Part shown: positions 49,266-57,762 of the stretch, piece after piece
How the letters are laid out: the number at the start of each line of letters is the position of its first letter
How positions within the stretch are numbered: the stretch's first letter is position 1
Virus record (IMG/VR): IMGVR_UViG_3300005056_000001
Location: 124,001-188,000 of that record
Reading direction: 5' to 3' (one strand)
Length of the DNA: 64,000 nt
Notes under the pieces: model-generated
What the model saw: only the letters and a program-made list of their open reading frames with translations
What the model was told of the DNA's origin: nothing
Database searches by the model: none
Made by a program: the position numbers and the translations under genes

Positions 49266-49448
49266 TTATAGGTAATCAGCATCAAGACCACTATTCATTA
49301 ACCCTTCAAAGGCGTGCATTACACACACACCGTCATCCTCCCATATTAGAAGTATTCTCTTTACTGCCCCTTCTAGGCTTGGTGGAAATGTAATAATGTA
49401 TTCAGCACCATCCTCGTCTCTTAAATTTATATTAGTTTTACCGTTCAT
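49266..49448 (-). CDS. small hypothetical early protein
   Basis: directly downstream of an RNA motif copy. Confidence 0.65.
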   Translation of the reverse strand: MNGKTNINLRDEDGAEYIITFPPSLEGAVKRILLIWEDDGVCVMHAFEGLMNSGLDADYL

Positions 49449-49530
49449 AATATTTCGACACTTTCAGCCGCTTGTTACCTTATCCTATTTTGGCAATCGT
49501 ATGCAGCATTACTATAGGGCTGCTATTTTT
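49449..49530 (-). ncRNA. candidate structured cis-regulatory RNA, copy D
   Basis: 4-copy repeat with structure-preserving substitutions. Confidence 0.7.
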
Positions 49531-49546
49531 AATTAAGTTTTTTATA

Positions 49547-49750
49547 TTAAAAACCGTACTCTCTTGCAATGCTCATTGCTAGTACGTAACACTTTTCTTC
49601 ATTCGAATCCCCGTTGGAGAATTTATTAAAACTATAATCCTCTAACGACCTTAGCACCTTTCCACATAACCGTTTCCATGCTAGGTTGCTTTTGGTAGAT
49701 TACATCGCTTCTATCTCGTGTAATTCCTTTAAAGCTTTTGCGTAATCCAT
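49547..49750 (-). pseudogene. 67-codon gene interrupted by TAA at codon 17
   Basis: MDYAKALKELHEIEAM*STKSNLAWKRL...AREYGF*. Confidence 0.55.
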
Positions 49751-49793
49751 GATGTTTTTAGTGTTAAAAGTGTACTACCTTATTGGTATGCAA

Positions 49794-49835
49794 CGAATCT
49801 ACAACAAGTTTTTAATTACGCAAGTTTTACGTAAA
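49794..49835 (-). promoter_or_regulatory. repeated early promoter, copy D (16-nt spacer)
   Basis: TTTACGTAAAAC-TTGCGT-N16-TAGATTCG. Confidence 0.78.
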
Positions 49836-49880
49836 ATATTTTACTTTATTTCAAAACTTTCTTTTTGTAAATTGCAACAA

Positions 49881-49922
49881 AACAAGCCACAAACCCCGAC
49901 ATATAAGTGGTTGTGGCTTGTT
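49881..49922 (-). terminator. terminator hairpin (stem shared with 34139-34178)
   Basis: AACAAGCCACA...TGTGGCTTGTT. Confidence 0.7.
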
Positions 49923-49975
49923 TTAAATTATTTTAAGGATTGTAAGTCCACTATTCATTAACCATTCGACACTTT

Positions 49976-50329
49976 CTACCTACGTTTAATATAATAATAT
50001 TTTATATCAACCAAGGAACTAACCGACAAAAACCTAGGAGTAAGAACAATAACATTTTCACTAGTCCCCATCCTTTTGTAATTCGGATTAAAATCGTCAT
50101 ACATATTCAATGTATAGGTCAGTGTGTCTACAAACTTATCCGAGACAATAACAAGTGTTAATAATGAGTCATTGACGCATATTGTGCCTGACTCATTGAT
50201 GTATTCACCTAAAACAACTTCATTGCTTAAAGAAACCTTTGTGACAGTTTTTACTTGGCTGTAACATAATGTCTGTCCGTAACAGTATGACGTAAGCAAT
50301 AACAATAAAGGAAATAATAATTTTTTCAT
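49976..50329 (-). CDS. putative secreted protein
   Basis: signal peptide MKKLLFPLLLLLTSYCYG-Q (Bacteroidota-style Gln at +1). Confidence 0.6.
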   Translation of the reverse strand: MKKLLFPLLLLLTSYCYGQTLCYSQVKTVTKVSLSNEVVLGEYINESGTICVNDSLLTLVIVSDKFVDTLTYTLNMYDDFNPNYKRMGTSENVIVLTPRFLSVSSLVDIKYYYIKRR

Positions 50330-50481
50330 TTTGTGTGATTTTGTGATTCTGTTGTGTATTAAAATATTTTTGTTAAAGGCATATATGTACCTAACTTTGT
50401 AGGTACTTTCTAAGGTAGCGTTTTAGGCCCTTTTCTCCTTCTGTAAGGCTTTCTTGGTCATATTAAAAGGTGTATGCTTCT

Positions 50482-50904
50482 TTATGCCATTGCTGACATA
50501 TATTCTCCTTTTGGTATACTATCAATTCTGTTAATTGATTTGATGAGGAATTTTCTCCTTTCCCAATTAGGCAAATCTACCTTCCAATCTTCATAGTTGG
50601 AAGAGTCTAAACATTTCCTGCTTGGTTTGTCCCTAGTAACAGCGGAGATAACTCCGCCTAGCATGGTTGTTTTAACATAAGCAATCGCCTCCTCTTTCGA
50701 GGGTACACTTAACCCACATATTGGGCGGTTCAGGTATACATCGCCATTCGTTTCATCTTTATCCGTGAGACTTACCTCACAGATAAATTTGCTAATTATC
50801 CCGACACATGTTGTGTAAGCTGCCCCATCTTCACGGTATGCTACACAGGCAACAGATGGAAAAATAACACCGCCAATACTCTGTACATTTATTATGATTT
50901 GCAT
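50482..50904 (-). CDS. hypothetical early protein
   Basis: directly downstream of an RNA motif copy. Confidence 0.65.
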   Translation of the reverse strand: MQIIINVQSIGGVIFPSVACVAYREDGAAYTTCVGIISKFICEVSLTDKDETNGDVYLNRPICGLSVPSKEEAIAYVKTTMLGGVISAVTRDKPSRKCLDSSNYEDWKVDLPNWERRKFLIKSINRIDSIPKGEYMSAMA

Positions 50905-50986
50905 AATATTTCAGCACTTTCAGCCGCATGCCACCTTATCCTATTTGAGTGATCGTATGCAGCTAAATTATAGGGCTGCTATGTTT
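50905..50986 (-). ncRNA. candidate structured cis-regulatory RNA, copy C
   Basis: as copy D. Confidence 0.7.
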
Positions 50987-51000
50987 TTAATTGTAATTTT

Positions 51001-51240
51001 CTATATCTTACTTGCAAGGTTTTTAACGCCTATTTTTTCACCGTAACTGTTTACTGCTGCGTCAACATCATTCAGCTCTGTATACGAAATCAACTCGTAT
51101 AATTCAAACCCTTGTTGGGGAGTTAGAGTATAAAATTCTACTTGGTTCCCGATATTGAATTCAATCCCTGCTTCAATACAACGGTTTGAGTTATTACATA
51201 ATGCATTGTATGTGTCGAGTACTGTATTAGAAGTTTTCAT
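51001..51240 (-). CDS. hypothetical early protein
   Basis: start reassigned to 51240, behind the promoter. Confidence 0.65.
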   Translation of the reverse strand: MKTSNTVLDTYNALCNNSNRCIEAGIEFNIGNQVEFYTLTPQQGFELYELISYTELNDVDAAVNSYGEKIGVKNLASKI

Positions 51241-51282
51241 AATATTAGTCTTTTTTAAGTGTACTACCTTATTGGTATGCAA

Positions 51283-51325
51283 CAAATCTACAACAAGTTT
51301 TTTAATTACGCAAGTTTTACGTAAA
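51283..51325 (-). promoter_or_regulatory. repeated early promoter, copy C
   Basis: TTTACGTAAAAC-TTGCGT-N17-TAGATTTG. Confidence 0.8.
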
Positions 51326-51363
51326 GTTAATTCAAAGTATTTCAAACTTTATTCCGAAACAAA

Positions 51364-51417
51364 AAACAAAAACCGTCATAACCCTGTATTTATCAGTGAT
51401 ATGACGGTTTTTGTTTT
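51364..51417. terminator. terminator hairpin
   Basis: AAACAAAAACCGTCATA...TATGACGGTTTTTGTTT. Confidence 0.7.
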
Positions 51418-51429
51418 AGATTAAAATTA

Positions 51430-51837
51430 CTACTTCTTTGGTAAGTCAATATTTTTACCAAAGAAAACGACATCAATAAGGTCGTCAACTCTAGATGTTA
51501 CAGCCTTTGACGAGGTCAGGTCGTTCCATTTGGTTTCTTTGACAGTTTCGGACGTCGCATTTGTCCAATAGCTGTTGCAATTTCCGTACATCATGGCCGA
51601 ATGATAGGCTTGATCGTCTGCCATTTCTTCGGCAGTTGAAAAGCTTTTTCCGCTGTTAGATTTGAATGGTTTATCCATGCTATTTGTTTTAAGTGTTAGA
51701 GAACCCTCATTAATGTAATCTATATGCTTTGTAGGTGGCTCGTCGTAAATACCAACCATTTCCCCGTGTGGAAACTCTTTGATTTCTGCAACTTCGTAAA
51801 GTGTGCCTCCGAATATTACTTGGTCGCCCTTTTTCAT
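51430..51837 (-). CDS. hypothetical protein
   Basis: ORF in the cassette array. Confidence 0.65.
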   Translation of the reverse strand: MKKGDQVIFGGTLYEVAEIKEFPHGEMVGIYDEPPTKHIDYINEGSLTLKTNSMDKPFKSNSGKSFSTAEEMADDQAYHSAMMYGNCNSYWTNATSETVKETKWNDLTSSKAVTSRVDDLIDVVFFGKNIDLPKK

Positions 51838-51902
51838 ATCTATATTAGTTTAAAATGTTAAGGTTTGTAAGCAGGTTTGTACTTGCTTAGGTTACTATAC
51901 AG

Positions 51903-52187
51903 TTAAATACTAGTGATTTCAACAGAACCCAACTTTCCTCTAAAATTATACATGAATTTCACCCATTCCCCTTTTACGGGTTCGTAGCATTGGAAGTAAT
52001 CTTTCATTGTTACGCATCCCACTTCCTCAAGCCCCCATACCTCAAGGACTTTTATAATTTCGGGTAGCCAACCCGTAGATAGAGCAACTACATCTGACTC
52101 ATGATATGCTGTGTCATACAACTCCGCATTTAGTTTTTCTATTTTCGCTACAGCTAGTGTAGCATTTTTAAGATTTATAGTTTTCAT
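51903..52187 (-). CDS. hypothetical early protein
   Basis: directly downstream of an RNA motif copy. Confidence 0.65.
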   Translation of the reverse strand: MKTINLKNATLAVAKIEKLNAELYDTAYHESDVVALSTGWLPEIIKVLEVWGLEEVGCVTMKDYFQCYEPVKGEWVKFMYNFRGKLGSVEITSI

Positions 52188-52269
52188 AATAATTCGGCAC
52201 TTTCGGCCGCTTGTCGCCTTATCCCATTTAGGTGATCGTATGCAGCATTACTATAGGGCTGCTATGTTT
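52188..52269 (-). ncRNA. candidate structured cis-regulatory RNA, copy B
   Basis: as copy D. Confidence 0.7.
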
Positions 52270-52307
52270 TAATTAAAATTTTCTATAATTACCCTTTCGG
52301 TATGCAA

Positions 52308-52349
52308 CGAATCTACAACAAGTTTTTAAATTACGCAAGTTTTACGTAA
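52308..52349 (-). promoter_or_regulatory. repeated early promoter, copy B
   Basis: TTACGTAAAAC-TTGCGT-N17-TAGATTCG. Confidence 0.8.
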
Positions 52350-52503
52350 TATTAATTTGAAATATTTTAAAACTTTCTTTTTGTTTTAAATTACATTAAG
52401 AATTGTAAGCAGTTTTTGCACTTGCTTAGGTATTATTTCTATCTCTACACAAAACCGTATCCACCAATAAATAGGATTGAAACACTTCGTCTTTCCCCCC
52501 TTG

Positions 52504-53169
52504 TTACATGATATCTTTATCTAATTCGGCAATTTCTTGCAGGAGTTTGGCTTTCCTTGCCTTAGCCCTAGCTATCTTAGGGCTGCCGAATCTTACCCAA
52601 AATTCGGGGAAAAATTCCCCTGTGCTATCCGTCTCTATTAGGTCGTCCACAGAAAACATTCTTAATAGAGTATGATTAGGTAACGTGCGTCTCAGCTCAT
52701 CTAAGATGCAAAAATATAGGAATCCTTTAAATCCTATACTTTCTAGTGCTTGAATCAAGCCCTTTAGCTGATTCAACCTATCTTGTTCGGGTAATCGCCT
52801 ATAGATTCTTAACGTCTCAAGGAGGTGATTCTGTATTAATTCCCCGTTATATGTTATTGGGGCATCCCCTACGTGGTTCTTTACTACATCTAGGTATACC
52901 TGAAATATACTTACTGAAGGAGTAAGCACCTCGCTATGGTGCTCTTCTGTATTCCATTCAGAAAGCTCGAAGCCATCCCATCGGCTTTTTTCTTCGTTAT
53001 AAAAGTATTCATATACTCGCCCATCAAGTATTAAGTACTTGTTGGACTTCAATTCAGACTCTTCCTCCTTTGTCAAATCAACAAGGAATCCCTGCCAATT
53101 ATCAAACTGACACTCTTTAGACTTAATTAAGTCTAATGTCCCCGTACTTAAAACTTCAAATCTACTCAT
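52504..53169 (-). CDS. hypothetical early protein
   Basis: directly downstream of an RNA motif copy. Confidence 0.7.
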   Translation of the reverse strand: MSRFEVLSTGTLDLIKSKECQFDNWQGFLVDLTKEEESELKSNKYLILDGRVYEYFYNEEKSRWDGFELSEWNTEEHHSEVLTPSVSIFQVYLDVVKNHVGDAPITYNGELIQNHLLETLRIYRRLPEQDRLNQLKGLIQALESIGFKGFLYFCILDELRRTLPNHTLLRMFSVDDLIETDSTGEFFPEFWVRFGSPKIARAKARKAKLLQEIAELDKDIM

Positions 53170-53251
53170 AATATTTCGGCACTCTCAACCGCTTGTCACC
53201 TTATCCTATTTGAGTGATCGTGTGCAGCATTACTATAGGGCTGCTATGTTT
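53170..53251 (-). ncRNA. candidate structured cis-regulatory RNA, copy A
   Basis: as copy D. Confidence 0.7.
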
Positions 53252-53289
53252 TAATTAAAATTTTCTGTCATTAACCTTTCGGTATGCAA

Positions 53290-53332
53290 CAAATCTACAA
53301 CAAGGTTTTTAATTACGCAAGTTTTACGTAAA
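53290..53332 (-). promoter_or_regulatory. repeated early promoter, copy A
   Basis: TTTACGTAAAAC-TTGCGT-N17-TAGATTTG. Confidence 0.8.
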
Positions 53333-53529
53333 ATTAATTCAAAGTATTTTAAAAAATCCACAAAAAACAAAAACTACAATTTATTACACCACTTCCTTTG
53401 TATATCAAAAACTAATTCCTATATTGCAGAATAATGGTGTAAGTATCATGTTTATTCACATTAACCAACGACAAACAGATACCTCACAAGTCTTTTGGCG
53501 TTCCTAAAGTAGGACATAAAAAACAACCT

Positions 53530-54735
53530 TTGAAGAAAAACAAGACATATAAATACAGGTTATCCCCTAATGTTACACAAAGCATTATGCTGAATAAAAC
53601 ATTCGGTTGTGTGCGTGCATATTGGAATAATCTTGTTGCGACATTTAATTCGTATGATAAAGTAACTAATCCCAAGCCTTTATTTAATACAGGAAAGGAG
53701 TTTAGTGACGTTTTTGTTTACGCAAAGGAAGTATCTGCTGCATCACTACAGCAAAAGTTTCGTGATTTTTCTCAATTCAAAAATCAGTTCTTCAATAAAA
53801 AAAGGAAAAAGAAAATAGGAAGGCCAAGCTTTAAGAAAAAAGGTTTTGGAGATTCCTTTAGATTGCCCAACCAAAAAATCCGTATCAAGGATAACAAAAT
53901 TAGACTTGAAAAGATTGGTTGGGTTAAATTTGACAACCACAGACAATTGCCTGTGGATTCACGTGTCCTGTCAATAACAGTAAAGAAAGACAGTGTAGGA
54001 GATTATTTTGCTTCTGTCTGTTTTGAGTATGTATGGAAGCCCAAGATAAATAGAATGAACATTATAGAGTCAAAAAAGGAAGTATCTACTATAAAACCAA
54101 ATGTGGGCATCGACCTAGGACTTACCTATTTAGCCATCCTTTCGGATGGTACAGTATTCTTGAATCCTAAATATCTTAGAGAAAGCCAATCTAAGCTTAA
54201 AAAGTCACAAAGAATCCTTTCCCGAAAAATAAAAGGTAGTGTACGATGGAACAGGCAACGGATAAAGGTTGCCAAATTACACCGTAAGATTGTTCGTCAA
54301 CGTGATTGGTCACATCATAACATAACCACGTGGATAGCCGACAATTACAACAACGTAGGGATTGAAACGTTAAGTATACAAAACATGATGAAGAACAGGA
54401 AACTTTCTAAATCTTTTGCTGATACCTCACTAAGTAAATTTGTCAATATGCTTATTTATAAGGTAGATGATAGAGGCAACGAGGTAGTCAGACTAGGAAC
54501 GTTTGTTCCTTCGACAAAAGAATGTTCTTCCTGTTCACACCAACAGACCGTTGCGCTATCTGAAAGAACCTTTAAATGCGAATGCTGTGGATTTGCCATG
54601 GATAGGGACTTGAATGCAGCAATAAATATTAAGAAAAAGACCGTAGGAGTTAATGCGGTCATCGCCAATGGCGACAAACGAACACTGAGCAACAAGAAGT
54701 CTCTACACCCGAATGTGGGTGTAAAGCAGTTGTGA
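53530..54735 (+). CDS. tnpB: TnpB RNA-guided endonuclease (IS200/IS605, IS1341-type, no tnpA)
   Basis: YKYRLSPN..FGCVR..WN; GIDLG; IETL; CSSC/CECC; DRDLNAAINI. Confidence 0.95.
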   Translation: MKKNKTYKYRLSPNVTQSIMLNKTFGCVRAYWNNLVATFNSYDKVTNPKPLFNTGKEFSDVFVYAKEVSAASLQQKFRDFSQFKNQFFNKKRKKKIGRPSFKKKGFGDSFRLPNQKIRIKDNKIRLEKIGWVKFDNHRQLPVDSRVLSITVKKDSVGDYFASVCFEYVWKPKINRMNIIESKKEVSTIKPNVGIDLGLTYLAILSDGTVFLNPKYLRESQSKLKKSQRILSRKIKGSVRWNRQRIKVAKLHRKIVRQRDWSHHNITTWIADNYNNVGIETLSIQNMMKNRKLSKSFADTSLSKFVNMLIYKVDDRGNEVVRLGTFVPSTKECSSCSHQQTVALSERTFKCECCGFAMDRDLNAAINIKKKTVGVNAVIANGDKRTLSNKKSLHPNVGVKQL

Positions 54736-54815
54736 TGACGTGTTTATAAAGTAATTCGGTGGCGTTATACGTCGCTGTTTTTAGTAACTATTAACTGTAA
54801 AAGGCGGAGACTACA
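54640..54815 (+). ncRNA. probable TnpB omega/reRNA region (boundaries uncertain)
   Basis: hairpins TACACCC..GGGTGTA and GGTGGCGT..ACGTCGCT at the tnpB 3' end. Confidence 0.45.
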
Positions 54816-54838
54816 CAATTAACCATATCAAACAACAA

Positions 54839-55072
54839 ATGGGAACTGTTTTTATTAATGACATTATCAATGACATGGATAAATGGACAGAGACTATCGA
54901 AGCATTTGATGATGTTGAATATGTCCAATTTGATGTGATCGAGTTGGATGTCACACAAGAAACATTCAATTTCTTTTATAATTTGTGTGGGGATTTCAAC
55001 AACGACCACACAACGTTCTACCTCGAGGGCACAACAATGTGCAATCCTACAGAACAGGCAAAACAATCTTAA
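54839..55072 (+). CDS. small acidic hypothetical protein
   Basis: resembles the repeat unit of the next gene. Confidence 0.55.
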   Translation: MGTVFINDIINDMDKWTETIEAFDDVEYVQFDVIELDVTQETFNFFYNLCGDFNNDHTTFYLEGTTMCNPTEQAKQS

Positions 55073-55090
55073 TTTTTAATAAAAGACACA

Positions 55091-55663
55091 ATGAAAGTAC
55101 TAAAAGTAAGCGGCTGTGATTATGCGGCCATGTCATTCGAAGAAAAATTCAAGGGCAAATCTGTGGACGGACTAATTGATGATATTGCCAATGTTCGAAA
55201 AGAGCTTGGAGACGATGACAATCTAGAAGACCCCGACGATCTTGAGTTGGTTGTCGAAGAAATTCCGTTAACAGAGCGTGGCTTTGAATGGATGAAAAAC
55301 CATTTAATTGACTTGGACGAGGATCAAACCAAGCATCACTTTATTTATGGCGAGGGTGAAATTATTGGCGAGGGATTCAAGGTGGAGAAATACCGTGTTC
55401 TGTGTGTGACAGGAGAAGAATATGCGGCTGCCGAGTTTAGCGAACTATTCGAAGATGTGCCTGTGGTCGAAATAATGAACAAGCTAGAAGACTATCAAAA
55501 ATCATTTACCATAGAGGGCAATGATGGGGCCGATGTAAGTATAATGGAAGAGCTATACACAACAAAGGAATTCGACAACTTCTTCGACAACAATGTGGAT
55601 GTGGAAACCCGAAAGGATACATTTTATTGGATAGAGACCTCTAAATTATTTCGGTCTTACTAA
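55091..55663 (+). CDS. acidic protein with an internal duplication
   Basis: KVLKVSGCDYAAMSFEE / RVLCVTGEEYAAAEFSE. Confidence 0.7.
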   Translation: MKVLKVSGCDYAAMSFEEKFKGKSVDGLIDDIANVRKELGDDDNLEDPDDLELVVEEIPLTERGFEWMKNHLIDLDEDQTKHHFIYGEGEIIGEGFKVEKYRVLCVTGEEYAAAEFSELFEDVPVVEIMNKLEDYQKSFTIEGNDGADVSIMEELYTTKEFDNFFDNNVDVETRKDTFYWIETSKLFRSY

Positions 55664-55736
55664 AATAAGGCAAAAAGGAAATATCATTATTTTGATATTT
55701 CCTTTTGTTTTTGTGTAATTTTCACTATATTGCAGA

Positions 55737-56702
55737 ATGAACATAAAAATATACAAAAACGGAACAATGCCCGAAATGCTAGAGGGTGTGTACCCATTCG
55801 AATGTTACACAATACAGCCATTGCCACACGAGCGATTCGAGACAAAATCTCAACAACTATGGATGGATGGTGCAAGAGATCTTTGGATAAAGGACTATCT
55901 TTATACCAAGGAAACACATGCATGGATACATTTTGAATCAATTTCCTCGATGATATGTCACGACCCCAACAACTTTTTGTCGCTTATTGGCAGCAAGATA
56001 ACGGAGGCAGGTCTTGGAATTGAATATATACGATCTATGATAGCGTATCATGATAACTATTTAGACGATCTTCCTGTTATGAAAAAAGAAATCGCACTAC
56101 CAAACGTAGAAGTTGCAGTCTCAAGCGCAAAAAACAAAATATTGCAGGGTGTTAAACCCTTTATGACATTCCGAATAGAGGATATAATTGGTTACGATCT
56201 ATATATATCGGATGGCGATCTGTGGGTAAAGGACGACCACCATCAAGAAATGCACAATACCCGTTGGGTAGAATTCTTGGATCTGTACGACATCTACACG
56301 ATCTCCAAAGACAATGTTGAATTTATTGCCAATACACGTAAAATGCTTACAGAAAACTTTTTGGTTGGTGATAAGTATAATTCCATGATGCTTGCCTATT
56401 ATGACTACCACAAGGTTCGTGTGGCTTATATTGGACAACGTCTCAAACCCGAATTCATAAAAGAACTCGAACGTTTAGACATGACCATTCCCGACGAGCT
56501 TTTGGAAGAGTTTATTGATAAATATAAACCCGAGGTATGTGACACACTTGAACGTGGAGACCTATTACAGTTTATTGGAAAAAAGGTCACAGGAATGGAT
56601 TGGCCATGTAATGGCGACGACCAAAGTAGCAAAATCGAGTTTTTTAGAATTCTTCATAAAAACAGTAAGTCATTTGGTATTGAAATAATAAACACAAAAT
56701 AA
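55737..56702 (+). CDS. hypothetical protein
   Basis: long ORF. Confidence 0.7.
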   Translation: MNIKIYKNGTMPEMLEGVYPFECYTIQPLPHERFETKSQQLWMDGARDLWIKDYLYTKETHAWIHFESISSMICHDPNNFLSLIGSKITEAGLGIEYIRSMIAYHDNYLDDLPVMKKEIALPNVEVAVSSAKNKILQGVKPFMTFRIEDIIGYDLYISDGDLWVKDDHHQEMHNTRWVEFLDLYDIYTISKDNVEFIANTRKMLTENFLVGDKYNSMMLAYYDYHKVRVAYIGQRLKPEFIKELERLDMTIPDELLEEFIDKYKPEVCDTLERGDLLQFIGKKVTGMDWPCNGDDQSSKIEFFRILHKNSKSFGIEIINTK

Positions 56703-56704
56703 TC

Positions 56705-57313
56705 ATGAAAATAACAATTTTAACAGAGTCGTTTCATAGACCCCAAAAGAAAAAGGATATCGTTATGTCACATGACGGAACAATGTACATTTCGGAAACA
56801 AACATGGGTTCACGTATTGCGCCCGACAAAAGAATTGTGTTGGTCTATTTTTGCATACCTCTGTACCAAGAAGACGGTCTAATAAAGGCAGAGGTTGGTG
56901 ATTGGATAATTGTGTCTAGATTTGGGGAAACAAGAGCTCCACGAAAAGTTACACAAGATTATATCGAATACAACCCACTGCCTATGCGTGGAACGTACAA
57001 AATAATCGCAACCAATAATGTCGAGATTATGTCCGACATTAACCCCACAGAAAAAGGTGTGTGTGTTCCTATACATGTTCTTAAGGGATTCGTGAAATGG
57101 AACAACAACAATCTGAATGCTCCTAGTATCCACGACAACCTAGACTTGACTTCAACAGACTTCGGCTTGTTGGGCAGAGACGACATTCAGGATGCGGCTG
57201 CCAACACAACATTAATGGACATGGCAGAATCAAATCCGTCAGATATTACAATATTTGAGAAAGGTTTTGAAGAAGGCGCAAAATATGTCCTAAACCACAC
57301 AAAATTTTTATAA
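56705..57313 (+). CDS. hypothetical protein
   Basis: IK...GDW...KIIAT motif seen in Bacteroidota phages. Confidence 0.65.
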   Translation: MKITILTESFHRPQKKKDIVMSHDGTMYISETNMGSRIAPDKRIVLVYFCIPLYQEDGLIKAEVGDWIIVSRFGETRAPRKVTQDYIEYNPLPMRGTYKIIATNNVEIMSDINPTEKGVCVPIHVLKGFVKWNNNNLNAPSIHDNLDLTSTDFGLLGRDDIQDAAANTTLMDMAESNPSDITIFEKGFEEGAKYVLNHTKFL

Positions 57314-57762
57314 TGAACAAGAAAGCATGGTACCCCGAATGGTATTGGACAGGCAAGCGTGTCGATGATGCCAAGTTAATAAACAATCCACATATTAAAC
57401 AGGAGGGTGAACGAGAGGATCGAATTGTTGAAACACGTGAATTATTGAACGAGATGTCGGGATGGGACTCGTTTACATGGAAAGAAGCCTGTAATATACA
57501 AAACTACCTATTGGCCCGAAACAATTGGTGTGGTGTCAAGGCAGGGATACGTGAACACACTGTTGGCTTCGACAACGCCAAGAAGCCACAAGACATTGAT
57601 GTGTCGAGTATATTTCCTGTGTCGGTCATGTTGTATCCAACAAAGGACGAGTTGTTGGAATGGTACTATAGGTTTCAATTGGAGCATCCTTTTAGCGACC
57701 TAAACGGCCGTGTTGGAGGAATAATAGTTTCGGTTCTTTATGACAGGCTAAATCAAAAATAA
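57313..57762 (+). CDS. minimal Fic/Doc-like protein
   Basis: HPFSDLNGRVGG. Confidence 0.75.
   Translation: MNKKAWYPEWYWTGKRVDDAKLINNPHIKQEGEREDRIVETRELLNEMSGWDSFTWKEACNIQNYLLARNNWCGVKAGIREHTVGFDNAKKPQDIDVSSIFPVSVMLYPTKDELLEWYYRFQLEHPFSDLNGRVGGIIVSVLYDRLNQK

Noticed and set aside
52426-52506. Read-through extension of the 221-aa gene
   Set aside because: Only 25 open codons follow the stop, which is compatible with chance, and nothing else supports it.
49449-53251. RNA motif as a twister, pistol, hammerhead or HDV ribozyme
   Set aside because: It has twister-like words (UAAUGCUGC, GGUGACAAGC), but no P4 closure or T1 partner, and copy C alters both words. P3 is not nested in P2 as in pistol. 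There is no CUGANGA core and no HDV topology.
49449-53332. Repeats as a CRISPR array or attC sites
   Set aside because: Units are 40-80 bp and separated by whole genes, with no regular spacers and no GTTRRRY/RYYYAAC boxes.
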